Positions 1-13,404 of a DNA stretch of 62,000 nucleotides are shown here, piece after piece. The stretch comes from Chiloscyllium plagiosum (Eukaryota). The number at the start of each line of letters is the position of its first letter. Within the stretch, counting starts at the first letter, position 1. The notes beneath the pieces are model-generated. The model made no database searches, had not been told where the DNA came from, and worked only from the letters and a program-made list of their open reading frames with translations. The stretch is from positions 4,086,958-4,148,957 of the forward strand of contig NC_057718.1 of assembly GCF_004010195.1 (NCBI RefSeq), in the 5' to 3' direction. The translations under genes and the position numbers were made by a program.

Positions 1-32
1 GCTTATCTCTTCACACTTCAGGCTCTCTGCCT

Positions 33-266
33 TCATTCCTGATGAAGGGCTTTTTGCCCAAAACGTCGATTTCGCTGCACATTGGATGCTGCCTGAACTG
101 CTGTACTCTTTCAGCACCACTAATCCAGAATCTGGTTTCCAGCATCTGCTCATTCCTGATGAAGGGCTTTTTGCCCAAAACGTCGATTTCGCTGCACATT
201 GGATGCTGCCTGAACTGCTGTACTCTTTCAGCACCACTAATCCAGAATCTGGTTTCCAGCATCTGC
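33..266 (+). repeat. Perfect 117-bp tandem dimer of Penelope-like terminal (pLTR) sequence, each unit with a hammerhead-like core
   Basis: 33-149 repeated at 150-266; the 39-aa repeats in the overlapping ORFs confirm the period; CTGATGA-agggc/gccc-AAAACGTC at 39-67 and 156-184. Confidence 0.9.
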
Positions 267-289
267 AGGCATTGTTTTTACCTTTTTTC

Positions 290-1090
290 TCCTCAGGATC
301 TTACATTTCAATTAAGTCACTTCTTACTCTTTCAAAGTCCAGTTTCCTGAAGTCTAACCATTCTTCATAAGTCAATCTGTCTTTTCCAGGTGTTTTAGTC
401 TAGTAAAAGTCTTTGAATTACTTCCAACACATTTCTTTAAATAAGGAAATACCACAGTACTCTAGATGTTACTGCATCAGTTCCCTATATAACTGAAGCA
501 TCACCTTCCTAAATTAGTATTCAACTCCTCTCAGGATAAATGATAACATTCTATTAGCCTTCCTAATTGCTTGCTATATCTGAAAACTAAACTTGTGCAA
601 TTCTGTATGAAGGCATCCAACAGCTCACCTTTTGATAACATACTTTTGTTATTCTTCCTGCCAAAAAGGACATTTTCAAATTTTACACACCATTTGACAG
701 ATCTTTGTCAACTCATTTAACCAATTTAACCTCCTTTGGTCCTTTTCCCAACTTACTTGTCTACTCTTCACCAGTAATTACATCTACAGTAACTTCTGTC
801 CCTTAATTTATATGCATTTTAAAAAGTTCAGGCCCCAGTGCTGATTCCTGAGACTCCCCATGCATTACTCCTTGCCAAACCAAAACCAATTCTCCATGTA
901 CACCTGTTTTCTGTTCCCTGTTAGCTAGCCAAGCTTCTATTCAACTAATCACGTCACCTCCTTTCTCAGGAGCTTTCTATTTTCCACAATAACCTCAAGT
1001 TGCACCTGACCAAGTGCTTACTGGAAATCTGAGTACAGTACCTCCACTGGTTCCCTTTATCCATAGCATGTCTTATATCTTCACAGCTCT
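290..1090 (-). mobile_element. Old degenerate CR1 LINE fragment (RT/3' region)
   Basis: Recognisable but diverged CR1 ORF2 nucleotide motifs, antisense; no intact ORF. Confidence 0.65.
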
Positions 1091-1099
1091 TCAGTAGCT

Positions 1100-1900
1100 T
1101 GAGAATTGCTGATATAAGATGCATTCTGGTGAAACTTTTTGTGTTGAGCTCACCAGGACAATTCACAAGAATTACCAAAATAAAGGGGAAATCTTTTTTC
1201 ATTCCGTGTGAAAGGAGAATACTGATTGGTTGATAATTTGACTCTGATTTACATGTTGCCATCAATAATGTACCAGTTAGATGATGATTGACAATTAATC
1301 ACCAAACTTTGTTTCAATTTAAATCAGGCAAGGCGATTCTGTTTGGTAACTGCAACAGCCTGAGCAATTAACCAGAAAATGAATGTCAATTTTTTTTCAA
1401 GTTGCAAAGGGCATAATGTATGTTCCTATTCTTTCTGCATGTGAAGTAAAGGGCACGGCATACTGATGTATGTAGTTTTCATAACAAGGCCGACTGACAA
1501 TCCTAGATTGATTGGCAGAGTAAGCCTTGGTACACTCATGTTTATTTAACAAATGCTGTTCAATGGTCAATTACATCAAATGTTTGAAATGTGTTTTTCA
1601 AGCAGAGGCTGGTTGGGAAAGGACAGGCTCTTTACTTTGTTGCAAACAGCTGAAGTGACAGGTGAAGCTAGCTGTTTCTCACTGCTGCTGTACAGGAGCA
1701 ACACGAGTGGTGTTCACAAATAACAGGACATTGACATTGAGGCAGAAAGGCACTCTGTCTACCACACAAATTAACAATGTGGTATATGAGTTTCAGTGCC
1801 AGTGTTCTGACACACATGGAGGCCAAATATCCAAAAGACTGGCCAATCAAATCTATCCATCCACTGTCTACTTACCAAGCTATCAACACTGTCTTGGCAT
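1100..1900 (+). mobile_element. Degenerate Penelope-like element, GIY-YIG endonuclease remnant
   Basis: ORF 1662-1913 NNVVYEFQCQCSDTHGGQISKRLANQI resembles the PLE VVY-x-C-x-C-xx-YVG-xT-xxL motif; upstream boundary uncertain. Confidence 0.7.
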
Positions 1901-1931
1901 ACAATATATGTAATTCTTCCCTACGTGTTTC

Positions 1932-2158
1932 TCCACTGTCTGTGTGGAGTTTGCACGTTCTCCCCGTGTCTGCGTGGGTTTCCTCCGGGTGCTCCGGTTT
2001 CCTCCCACAGCCCAAAGATGTGCAGGTCAGGTGAATTGGCCATGCTAAATTGCCCGTAGTGTTAGGTTAGGGGTATGGGTGGGTTGCGCTTCGGCGGGTC
2101 GGTGTGGACTTGTTGGGCCGAAGGGCCTGTTTCCACACTGTAAAGTAATCTAATCTAA
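1932..2158 (+). mobile_element. HE1-type SINE, 5'-truncated
   Basis: Body matches the other copies in the window; CR1-like tail gggccgaagggcctgtttcc followed by (aatct)n. Confidence 0.9.
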
Positions 2159-3249
2159 TGTATCCTGATCTGTGAATAGAAAATAACTAAGATCAGAACA
2201 GATGAGAAACCTCAAAAATAATCTTCTGGAAACAATGCCATGATAACAATCATCATTTCTTAACTCGACACAAACCTATGTGAGATGTAGAACTTTGTTC
2301 AGGGTTCTGCATTCTAATAATACCAGCACTGGCTAACAGAGCGACCACATCATTGCTTACCAGCTTCCGGTCTTTCTTTTTTACTTTGAATGCAAAGTGT
2401 ATTGAGGTAAGATTGTATTGTAATTTTGCAGCTTATCGACTTATTTGCCCATATACATTTAGATTTGCTTCGTCCATCCCTTCCTGCTATGGTCTGTTTT
2501 TCACTTCCTCTATAAACATCTTTCTCTCTTACCTTGTTTCAACTTTGGTCAATTATCACCTCTTACTAAATTTTAATTCAGTAAAAATATCTATAATTAA
2601 GAGTCTAATGTTGGTCATGGACATAAGAACAGAAGAACAAGGAGCAGGAGTAGGCCATCTGGCCCCTTGAGCCTGCTTCACCATTCAATACAATCATGGC
2701 TGACCTTTTCATGGCCTCAGATCCACTTACCCGTCCTCTCACCGTAATCCTTAATTCCTTTATTTTTCAAAAAAAATCTACTTTAGCTTTAAAAATATTT
2801 ACTAAAGTCGTGTCAACTACTTCACTGGGCAAGGAATTTCATAGATTAACAACCCTCTGGGTGAAGAAGTTCCTTTTCAATTCAGTCCTAAATCTGCTCC
2901 CCCTAATTTTAAGGCTATGCCCTCTTGTCCTAGTTTCACCCGCCAGTGGAAACATCCTCTCTACTTCTATTTTATCAATTCCCTTCATAATGTTATATGT
3001 TTCTATAAGACTCCCCCTCTAATTCTTCTAACTTCCAATGAATATAATCCCAGCCTTCTCAGTCTCTCCCCAAAAGCCAACCCCCTCAACTTCAGAATCA
3101 GCCCAGTGAACCTCCTCTGCACCCCCTCCAGTGCCAGTACATCCTTTCTCAAGTAAGGAGACCAAATCTGCACACAGTACTCCAGGCATGGTCTCACCAG
3201 TACCTTGTACAGCAACAACACTACTTCTCTGCTTTGAAACCCTGCTTTT

Positions 3250-4586
3250 TAAGGCTGTTGATGTGGTGTATATGGACTTCAGTAAGGTTTTTGATAAGTT
3301 TCCACATGGTATGTTATTGCACAAATTACAGAATTTCAGGATTGAAGGTGACTAAGTGGTTTGGATCAGACATTGGCTAGCTGAAAGAAGATAGAGGGTG
3401 CTTGTTGATGGGAAATATTCATCCTGGAGCTCAGTTACCAGTGGTGTGCCATAAGGATTTGTCTTGGGGCCATTGCTGTTTGTCATTTTTATAAATGATC
3501 TGGAGGATGGCGTAGAAGGATGGGTTAGTAAATTTGCAGATGACACTAAAGTAGGCAGAGTTATGGATAGTGCCGAAGGATGTTGTGGGTTATATAGAGA
3601 GACATAGATAAAATGCAGAGCTGGTCTAAGAAGTGGCAAGAAGTTTAATGCAGAAAAATGTGAGGTAGTTCACTTTGGGATAAGTAACAGGAATGCAAAG
3701 TACTGGGCTAATGGTAAAATTCTTGGCAGTGCAGATGAACAGAGAGATCTCGGTGTCCAGGTGCATAAATCCCTGAAAGTTGCCACCCAAGTTGATAGGG
3801 TTGTTAAGAAGGCATATGGTGTGTTGCCGTTTATTGGTAGGGAGATTGAATTTCTGAGCCACAAGGTCATGCTTCAGCTGTCCGAGACATTGGTAAGGCT
3901 GCAACTGGACTATTGTTTGCAGTTCTGATCATGGCACTATAGGAAGGATGTGGAAGCTTTGGAAAGGGTTCAGAGGAGATTTACGAGGATGTTGCCTGAT
4001 ATGGAAGGAAGGTCTTACAAGGAAAAGCTGAGGGAACTGAGGCTGTTTCGTTGAATAGAAGAAAGTTGAGACGTTACTTAATCGAGACATATAAGATAAT
4101 CAGAAGGTTAGATTGAGTGGACAGTGAGAGCCTTTTTCCTCAGATGGTGAAGGCTAACACAAGGGGATGTAGTTTTAAATTGAGCAGTGATAGATTTAGG
4201 ACAGATATCAGGGATAGTTTCTTTATTCAGAGAGTAGTAGGGGCATGGAACAGTCTGCCTGCAACAGTAGTAGACTTGCCGATGTTAAGGTAATTTAAAT
4301 GGGCATTAGTCATACATATTCTGGATTAGTGGTGCTGGAAGAGCACAGCAGTTCAGGCAGCATGACTGCTCCTCGGATGCTGCCTGAACTACTGTGCTCT
4401 TCCAGCACCACTAATCCAGAATCTGGTTTCCAGCATCTGCAGTCATTCTTTTTACCTAATTGGTCATACATATGGATAATAATGGAACGGTGTAGGTTAG
4501 AAGGGCATCAGATGACTTTCACAGGTCGGCGCAATATTGGGGGTCGAAGGGCCTGTACTGCACTGTAACGGTCTATGTTCTATGTT
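3250..4586 (+). mobile_element. 5'-truncated CR1 LINE nested in the minus-strand CR1
   Basis: AVDVVYMDFSKVFDK, KFADDTK, 3' tail ending (tctatgt)n. Confidence 0.9.
4318..4458. mobile_element. Fold-back Penelope-derived mini-insert with target-site duplication
   Basis: Inverted arms 4318-4363 and 4377-4422; flanking att(a/g)gtcatacatat at 4305-4319 and 4459-4473. Confidence 0.8.
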
Positions 4587-5575
4587 CTAAACTTTAACGA
4601 TGAAGGACAAAATTCCATTTGCCTTCCGAATCACTTGTTGCACCTGCAGACCAACCTTCTGTGATTCATGCACAAGGACACCCAGGTCCCCCTGCACAGC
4701 AGTGTGCTGCAACTTTTTACCATTCAAGTAATAATCTTTTTTACTGTTCCTCCTAACAAAATGGATGACTTCACATTTATTAACATTGTAGGCCATCTGC
4801 CAGACCTTTGCCCACTCATTCAATGTATCCATGTTCCTCAGCAAAGTTTCACAGTCCCCTGCACACTTTGCTCTGCCACTCATCTTAGTGTCATGTGCAA
4901 ACTTTGACACCATACATGTGGTCCCCAACTCCAAACCATTTATATAAATTGTAAATAATTGTGGTCCTAACACCGATCCCTGAGGCACACCACTATTCAC
5001 TGATTGCCGGCCTGAAGATTATCCCCACTCTTTGCTTCCTGTTAGTCAACTAATCCTCTATCCATGCTGATACTCTACCCCTAATGTCATGCATCCTTAT
5101 CTTATGCAGCAGCCTCTTATGTGGCACCTTTTTGAAGGCTTTTTGGAAATCTAGGTACACCACAACAACTGTGTCCCCGTTGTCCACCGTGTTTGCAAAG
5201 TCTTTATAGAATTCCAGAAGATTAGTCAAGCATGACCTGCCTTCATGAATCCATGCTGCATTTGCCCAAGAGGACAATGCCTCGCTATTTCTTTCTTGAT
5301 AACAGACTCAAGCATCTTCCCCACTACAGAGATTAAGTTAACCACTCTATAATTCCTTGTCTTTTATCGACATCCCTTTTCAAACAGTGGCATCACATTT
5401 GCTGTTTCAATCTGCTGGGACTGCCCAAGAGTCCAGCGAATTTTGGAAAATTACTGTCAGTGCACTTGGTATTTCCCCCGCCATCTCTTTTAGTACCCTG
5501 GGATGCATTCCATCAGGGCCAGGAGACTTATCAATCCTTAGCTCATTAACTTGCTGAACACTACCTTTTCCATAA

Positions 5576-6278
5576 TGTTATGAAGACGTGGGCTTTTAAG
5601 AGAGTAAAAGCTAGCAGTGATAGCACCAAGTGGTTCTCGATAAGGAACAATGTAACATGTACTCCAGCTATTGGGGTAGCTGGTTGCCTGGAAACAACAA
5701 AAGCAGATTCAAATTAGGCCAATCAGTTTAAATTATACCCTGAAAAATATCAAATTCCAATCAAGTTTGAATTGAGTATATTGACAGTCTTAAAAGCCAA
5801 TGGCACAATCCAATGCTTTGGGGTATAAGACCGGGGAAAATTGAACTGTTGGGAGAAGAACTGCCACCAGACCAACAGATGTAGACTGCTAATGTGAACT
5901 CTCTCAAGGTACCTGTCTCGAGAAGGAGTTTGCACAGAGAAAAACCTTAACACTGACCTGGAGAGCCAATCTACCGACGAAGACAAAGAGAAGATTCCGC
6001 TGCTGGCTGGTTTTAAAATTTGAATTTTTCTGTAAAACTTAATTGGGAATTTTATCAAACTAGTATCATAGAAGGGAATGTCAAGGATAGGTTAGCTGAA
6101 GGAATCGTAAATAGTCATTAGTTAATTATTCTCTGTTATACTTCAAGAAATAAAGTTGCTAATTTTTACTTTAAGTAGTTCTTGGCCACTCAAATTACTA
6201 CAGATTACTGCACGGAACGAAACTTTTCTGTGTTGCTGGTTTTAAATTAAGCAGGACGGTTTACCCCGTGTCATAACA
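5576..6278 (+). mobile_element. Solo LTR
   Basis: TG...CA ends with 8-bp inverted termini tgttatga/tcataaca; TATAA near 5824; AATAAA near 6149; interrupts CR1 sequence; near-TSD ataa/gtaa. Confidence 0.8.
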
Positions 6279-6322
6279 GTAATAATGATTGTTTCCAGGT
6301 CCTCATCTACCTTCATCTCTTT

Positions 6323-6570
6323 CTAGATTAGAGTGGTGTTGGAAAATCACAACCGGTCAGGCAGCCTCCGAGGAGCAGGAAAATTGACGTTTTGGGTAAA
6401 AGCCCTTCATCAGGAGTCCTGATGAAGGTATAAAGGTGACATCTCAGGTCATACAATGCAGAGGGACCTGTGTGATATTCCTGCCCCTCGGATGCTGCCC
6501 GACCGGCTGTGCTTTTCCAGCACCACTCTAATCTAGAGTCTGATTTCCAGCATCTGCAGTCCTCACTTTT
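6323..6570. mobile_element. Fold-back Penelope-derived insert with hammerhead-like core and TSD
   Basis: Inverted arms; core on minus strand 6386-6413; accttcat(c/t)tcttt duplicated at 6309-6322 and 6571-6584. Confidence 0.8.
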
Positions 6571-9249
6571 ACCTTCATTTCTTTGTCAATTACTGATGTG
6601 TTGTTAGTGTTCTTCACTGTGAAGACCGATACAAAATACCTATCCAATGCCTCGGCCATTTCATCATATCCCATAACAAAATTCCCCTTCTCATCCTTTA
6701 AAGGGCCAACATTTACTTTAGCCAGTCTTTTTCATTTTATATATTTATATAAACTTTCACCAACTGTCTTTATATTCTGAGCTAGTTTATTCTCATAATC
6801 TATCTTACTTTTCTTTACAGCTTTTTTTGTGGCTTACTGTTGACCTTTAAATCTTTAACAATCTTTTCATTTCCCCCTGATCATTTTGTATACCTTCTCT
6901 TTAAATTTGATACCATCTCTTGTTTCCTTAGACACCCAGGTCAGATTGACCCTTTTTTTACAGTCCTTCCTTTTCACTGGAATATACTTTTGCTGAGCAT
7001 TTTGAAAAACTGCTTTGCAAGTCCTCCACTGCTCGTCAACTGTCCTACCATAAAATCTTTGTTTCAAGTCGACTTTAGCCAAGTCCTCCCTCATTCTACT
7101 GTAGTTTCCCTTGGTTAAGCACAGGACCCTGGTATTGGACTTTATCTTCGAACTCTCCATGTGTATACAAACCTCAACCATATTGTGATTGCTGTTCCAA
7201 GAGGATCCCTAACTATGAGGTCATTAATTATTCCTGTCTCATTACACAGGACCCGATCTAGGACATCTTGCTCCCTTGTCAGTTCCATTACCTACTGTTC
7301 AAGAAAACTATCACGGATACTCTCCTCAAGGCTACCCTGGCCCTGTTGGTTCGACCAAACTACATGCAGATTAAAATCCCTCATGCTGGTAGTGGTACCA
7401 TTTTTACAGGCATTAGCTACTCTTTGTTTATTGCCCACCCCAATGTGATGTTATTATATTGTGGCCTATAGATTACACCTATCAGTGACTCTTTCTTCTT
7501 AGAATTTCTAATTTCCACCCAAATGGATTCAAACTCATTCTCCATAGAAGCTATATCATCGCACAGCAACGCCCTGATATCGTCCTTAAATAAGAGAGCT
7601 ACACCATCACCCTTACCTTCCTGTCTGTCCTTCTGAATACTCTGGTACCCTTGAATATTTAATTCCTAGTTGTGACCATCTGTAACCATTTTCTGTAATA
7701 GTTACCAAATCACACTCATTCGCGATGATTTGTGTCATTAAGTCATCGACCTTGTTACAAATGCTATGAGCATTCAGGTAAAGTGCCTTTTATGCTAGCT
7801 TGCTTACCCTCACAATTTGCAACATCTCATATAATATTTCCTGAGTTATCCTTCCTTTCTACTTCTTTCATAGTCTGCCTTGGACTTTAATCCTCCTGCA
7901 CACATGTTAACTTGCTGCTTACTTTTTTTATTTAACATCATACCTCCTGTCGTCTTTCCCTCTCCCTTCCCCCAGCTCACTAGTTTAAAATCCTACTGAC
8001 CACCTTATTTATCCTTTTCGCTAGAACACTGGTTCCAGATCGGTTCAGATGGAGACCATCCCAATGTTACAGATCCACCCCCCACACCCCCCGGTTCCAA
8101 AACTGATGTCAATGCCCCATGAAATGGAACCCCTCTTTCCCACACCAGCCCCTTAGCCACATGTTTACTGCCTTAATTTTCTTATCCCTAAGCCAATTTG
8201 CAATGGCTCAGGCAGTAATCCAGAGATTATGACCCTCGAGGACCTGTTTCTTAATTTCGTTCCTAGTGCTTGATAATCGCCAAACAGGTCCTCCATCCTA
8301 GCCTTGCCGATGTTGTTTGTCCCAATGTGCAACAACTGGATCCTCACCCTCCTGCTCCAATATCCTTTCAAGCCAGTTGGATATGTCCTGCACCCTGGCA
8401 CCGGGTAGGCAACACACCATGTGGGACTCCCGATCCGGCTCGCAAAGAATACTATCTGTCCCCCTAATTATAGAATCCCCTATGACTACCATTCGCCTTT
8501 TTGCTTCCCACTCTTGAATGGTCTTTTGTACCATGGTGCCGCAGTCAGCTAGCTCATCCTCCCCGCAGCCCTATTCCTCATCTCCACAGGAAGCAAGTAT
8601 CTCATACCTGATGGATAAGGTCTAAAGTCGAGGCTCCTCTATTCCTGAACTCAGGATCCCCCTACCTGCCTCACTTGCAATTACTCCCTGTTGTCCCTGA
8701 TCACTAACTGAATTTGAATTACATAATCTACCAGGTGTGACTGCCTCCTGAAACAAAGTGTCCAGGTAACTCTCCCCTCCGGGATGTGCCGCAGTATTTG
8801 AAGCTCAGATTCCAGATCATCAACTCTGAGCTGGAGTTCCTCCAACACTTGTTGCAGATAGTCACTGCCATTCATAATGGGATCAGCCAACTCTCACATC
8901 ATACACCTACAGCACTTCACCTACCCAGACATCTCCACTAAGTTAATTACTGTATTACTTTATACAAATGTATGAGTTAAATAATTTCTCGTAATTCTCT
9001 GAATTTTTCAATTGCAGATAATAGATAAATAAAAAAGAATGTATATTTGTAACCAATTACTCAATACAAAAGAAATGGAAATAGAAAAGCCTGACCTTAT
9101 CATCACACCAGAGTCCTTTCTTTTTGTTAGAGGAGGAGGATGGGTGGGAGATACATGTGTAGTGTCTCGGGTACAGCCACTGCCCAAATATATTCCTGGC
9201 AGCTCCCTGGTCCTCGCTGTCACCTCTCCCTCTGTTGTTGTAAAATGAA

Positions 9250-9760
9250 GCTGTTGCTGATTGTTGGAAATATCCATGTGGTTCACAAATGTCCTTTAAG
9301 GAAGGAAATCTGCCATCCTTACCTAGCCTGGCCTGGTCTAGACCCACAGAAATTTGGTTGATTTTCAACTGCCCTGTGGGCAATTATGGATGGGAAATGG
9401 CCTAGCCAGTGACACCCACATCCACTACATGAATAAAAAAAAAGCAGTCCTAGATTAGCGACAACCTCTCTGACTCATGATGGCTTTCACAGTTTAAATT
9501 TGGCCGATTGACCTAACACATGACCTAATACATGATAAGAAGCTTCACCCACAGACTTCTTCTTGACTCTAAAAAAAAGCCATGATAACCATGAAACTAT
9601 TGTTGGAAAAACCTATCTGGTTCACTAATGTCCTTACCTGGTCAGGCCAAATGTGACTCCAGACCCACAGCAATGCAATGGACTCTTAATTGCCCTCAGA
9701 TCCATTAGGGACGGTAATAAATGCTGGCCTAGCCACCTCCCACGAGTGATGATCAAAAGA
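9250..9760 (+). mobile_element. Two partial copies of the second (non-HE1) SINE family
   Basis: Match the 3' half of the fuller copy at 22833-23172 (ggttcactaatgtcc...gacccacagcaatg...atgaataaaaaaa). Confidence 0.75.
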
Positions 9761-10599
9761 AATCTGATCAGCCATTGTCCTATTGTCAGAAGTCACACGA
9801 CTTATAGTCCAACAGGTTTATTTGAAATTACAAGCTTTTGGAGTGACTCACAAACTGTCAGTTGGTGAGAACACAGGGAACATATTTTATCAAGTAGATG
9901 GAAGTTTGAAGTGGAAGAAAGAACTTCAAAAGACCAGCAACACTGAAATAGGAGCAAAAAAGGAACTTTGATAAGAAAGCAAAATTTTCTGAATTTTACA
10001 TAAGTTGAGAAATCTCAACTGAAGACATTGAATAAAAAACCTGAAAAAAGAAGAAGTGGGTAAAACATAGCAGACTTGTGGTTTCAACACAAAACAATGA
10101 GCAGTTGGTTCCTGCAAAAGGGGGAAAAGGAAGTCTTCAATCATGGCTTTGAATGAGAGAGGGTAGTTACTGAAGTGCCTCATCCTGGTCAGGGCTGATG
10201 CAGGTCTGTAGCTGCCCTCAGCATTCAGAGTTAGGAGAGCAAGACTCCAAACTCCTTATCCGGACCAGGTAAAAACTTATCAGAAAGACCAGCATTAATT
10301 CCCTGCAGTGTTTCAATCAGAGAGCTCGCTAAATGTCTTCCCAGTGTCACCCCATTCTCTGTCGTGCTGTGACTCCAAAGTGAAAAGACTCTAATTCTTC
10401 CAGACTCTTCATCAAGGGTCTCATTTCTGTCATTTGGGTGAAAACCAACAGGAATGTGACATTTATCAATGTTTAATCCATCAGAAAAGAGGAGAAAAGG
10501 GTCAAGGGGAATATTAAGAGAAAAGGAATGAGATAAATAAATTAAAGGGCCTAAAATAGTCGATCCTATGATGTTTACAGCAGTTTTGAAGTCATATTT

Positions 10600-10795
10600 A
10601 GTCACAGGAATTGCTGTTCCTTCAGTGTCACTCAGTCAAAATCCTGGAATTCTCTCCCTAAGAGTTGTGGGTCTATCTACAGCACATGGACTGCAGCGGT
10701 TCAAGAAGGCAGCGCACCCCCAACTTCTCAAGGGACATCTAAGGACAGGCAATAAAGGCTGGCCCAGCCAGGCATGTCCAAGTCTTGGAAAAAAT
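10600..10795 (+). mobile_element. 3' end of L2/CR1-group LINE (same family as 38370-39150 and 44430-44748)
   Basis: Shared tail ...ggactgcagcggttcaagaaggcagc...ggcaataaa... Confidence 0.7.
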
Positions 10796-10970
10796 TAAAA
10801 GTTATTACCCAGAGCACAGCTTGAAAAGAGCCTGCCTGACCATTATCTCTGCACTAACCAAACTAACTGCCTTATCTGACTTCTCAGTTCTTGGCCCAAA
10901 AACACTTTTGGTTAATTCCAAGTACTCAGGTGTGCTTGTTCCTGATTTTTTAAATGGGGGAGAGGCTCAC

Positions 10971-11039
10971 CCTCGACTGGCTTTGCCGGTAATGAGTCTC
11001 AGATTGTTCCAAACGTGTGCATTCACTGGCTGTTACCTC
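10971..11039 (-). CDS. Gene A candidate exon 5 (69 nt, phase 0-0): EVTASECTRLEQSETHYRQSQSR
   Basis: Acceptor cctccctaactctgacag, donor AGG|gtgagc; open only in phase 0, matching the upstream exon; in non-repeat sequence. Confidence 0.55.
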
Positions 11040-11109
11040 CTGTCAGAGTTAGGGAGGTAGGACTGAGCACTTTGAAGCAGCATTGGGTCATTTCACCCTT
11101 TATATCCGC

Positions 11110-12806
11110 TCTTGGATAACTGAGAGGTTTTACAGGGCAGTGTTGGAGAACAGAAAGATCTAGGGTTCAGGTTCGTAATTCTTTAAAGGTTGTATCAAAA
11201 GGTTGGGTAAGACACTTTTTAGCATGCTTGCCTTCATTGCTCAGACCACTGAGTATGGGAGTTGGGACATCATGTTGAGTTTGTACAAGACATTGGTGAG
11301 GCCTCTTCTCAAGTACTGTGACGAGTTCTGGTCATCTGATTACAGGAAGGATATTATTAAATGGTCGAGGGTTCAGAAAATATTGACCAGGATGTTGCTG
11401 GCAATGGAGAGTTTGACTTATAAAAACAGGCTAAATAGGCTGGAAATTTTTTCATCTTTTCAAGATTTATAAAATTGAGTGTCAAAAATAAGGTGAATAG
11501 CAAGGGTCTTTTCCCCAGGATGATTGAGTTCAAAACTACTTTGGAGATGAGAGGAGAAAGCTTCAGAAAGGACATGACGGGCAACTGTTTTTAAGGAGAG
11601 TGATTTGTGTGTGGAATGAACTGCCAGAAGACGTCATGGGTGCACATACAGTCACAACGTTTAAAGACATTTGGATAGGTTTGTGAATAGGGAAGGTTTG
11701 GAGGGGTATGGGTCAAACACAGGCAGGTGGGACTAGCTTAGTTATGGAACATGGTCGGCATTGACTTGTTGGACCAAAGAGTTTGTTTTCATGCTCCATG
11801 ATTATGATTCCATCTTTCAATTAGATCATGGTTGATTGGGTTGTGGTCTCAGTTGAACATTCCTGCCTGTTCCTGATAATCTTTAGATGGTTTACATGAG
11901 GGATGTAGATGGAATATCTGTAAGTTTGCAGATGACACAAAGCTGGGTGGGAAGGTGAGCTGGGAGGAGACCATCGAGATGCTTCAGTGTGAATTGGACA
12001 AACTCAGTCAATAGGCAAAACATGTCAGATGCAGTATAATGTGGATAAATGTGGGAAGGCAGATGATGACCTGAACAAGCCATGAAATGAAAGAGGAGAG
12101 CGTGCAACAAGACCTGGGTGCGCTCATACATTAGACGGTAAGCATGAAGATGCAGCAGGTGATAAAGAAGGCAAATGGTTATTGTTGTACATTGGCCTTC
12201 ATCTCTATACAGGAGCAGGGATGTGTGGCTGCAATTGTACAGAGCCTTGGTGAGACCACACCTGCGATACTGTGAGCAGTTTTGCTCCCTAATCTGAGGA
12301 AGGATGTTCTTGCTGCAGAGGGAGTGCAGCAATGGTTTACCAGTCTGATTACTGGGATGGTAGGACAGATGGATGAGGGTAAGTTGAATCAATTAGCATC
12401 ACATTTGTCCAGATAAATGAGGGACGATCTAATGGACACCTATAAAATTCTAACAGGATGGGAGGAGGTAGATGCAGGAAGGTTGTTCCTGATGGTGGGA
12501 GAGTCCAGAATGAGAGGTCATTGACTAAGAATTTGGATAAACCATTTACGATTGAGATGAGGCGGAATTTTTTTTTAACCTAGAGAGTGGTGAGCCTGCA
12601 GAATTCACTACCACAGAAAGTGGTCAAGGCCAAAACATTGCATGATTTCAGGAAGGAGCTAGATATAGCACTTGGGCTAAAGGGATCAAATGATATGGGG
12701 AGAAAGCAGGAACAGGCTATTGAATTGGACAATCAGCTGGAGAATGCTCAAAAGGCTGAATGGCTGAAAGGCTGAAATGCTCCTCATTTCATAGTTTCTA
12801 TGTTCC
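11110..12806 (+). mobile_element. Two consecutive 5'-truncated CR1 3' fragments
   Basis: LYKTLVRPLLKYC-type C-terminal motifs, KFADDTK, CR1 tails near 11810 and 12806. Confidence 0.85.
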
Positions 12807-13404
12807 TAACCCTGCAGTCCCTTGAATACCAAAATCCTACTGTATACAATCATCAATAATCTCAACCACACAGCCTCCTCTTGCTCTGGTGAAGAGAATG
12901 CCACACCTCCTCCACCCCCACAACCCAAGAAAAATAATCTCTTCACACATTTGCCTTAAAAGGATGAATTGTTCTTGTGAAACTGTGGTCACATGTTTCT
13001 GTCTCCCAGGCAAGTGGAAATATCCTCAGGGTATCAACCTCCTCTTGATTGCCCCCAGAGTGGGAGTTCAGTAGAGAATCTCCTGTGTTGCACTCCCATA
13101 CCCAAACCCTCTCAGATATAACTGCTGACCAATTGAGTTAAAAAAAAATAAAGAGGGTTTTGTTTCCCAAAACATTTATATAAAGTGGTCTATTACTGCA
13201 ATAGCCAGGAGATTTGCTTCTGTTTCACAATGTCCTCTTGCCAAAGTCTTCCATTTCGCTGTTAATTACCAACTAAAAACCGATTATTTCAAAAGAGTTA
13301 TGGGAAATAGAGTTTGTGAAAAATAAATTTCCAAACACCAACAGCAAATGCAGAGGAGATGTTTGAACAGCTTGAAGTTGTTTTCAACAGAACACAGAAC
13401 AGTC

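Larger units (their letters stand above)
2620..9210 (-). mobile_element. Near full-length decayed CR1 LINE (ORF1 esterase, endonuclease, RT, 3' tail) split by nested insertions
   Basis: ORF1 SGNH motifs VVIGDSIIRG and HIGTNNIG (8165-8534); RT motifs YLDFQKAF, GVPQGSVLGP, KFAHDTK (4587-5277); C-terminal RPCLEYCVQIWSP (3003-3221). Confidence 0.9.

Noticed and set aside
2361..2383. Small minus-strand exon ending CTG|gtaagc
   Set aside because: Good donor but mediocre acceptor, ambiguous frame and no way to link it to gene A
10135..10190. SECIS-like ATGA...AA...TGAT on the minus strand
   Set aside because: The upper stem does not pair adequately
10231..10605. 124-aa minus ORF (NETLDEESGRIRVF...) as a gene A exon
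   Set aside because: Its acceptor gives phase 2, incompatible with exon 5; no good donor; the nucleotides resemble a very old CR1 3' end (EELGLFTLE-like). A bridging 11-nt micro-exon near 10809-10819 is too speculative
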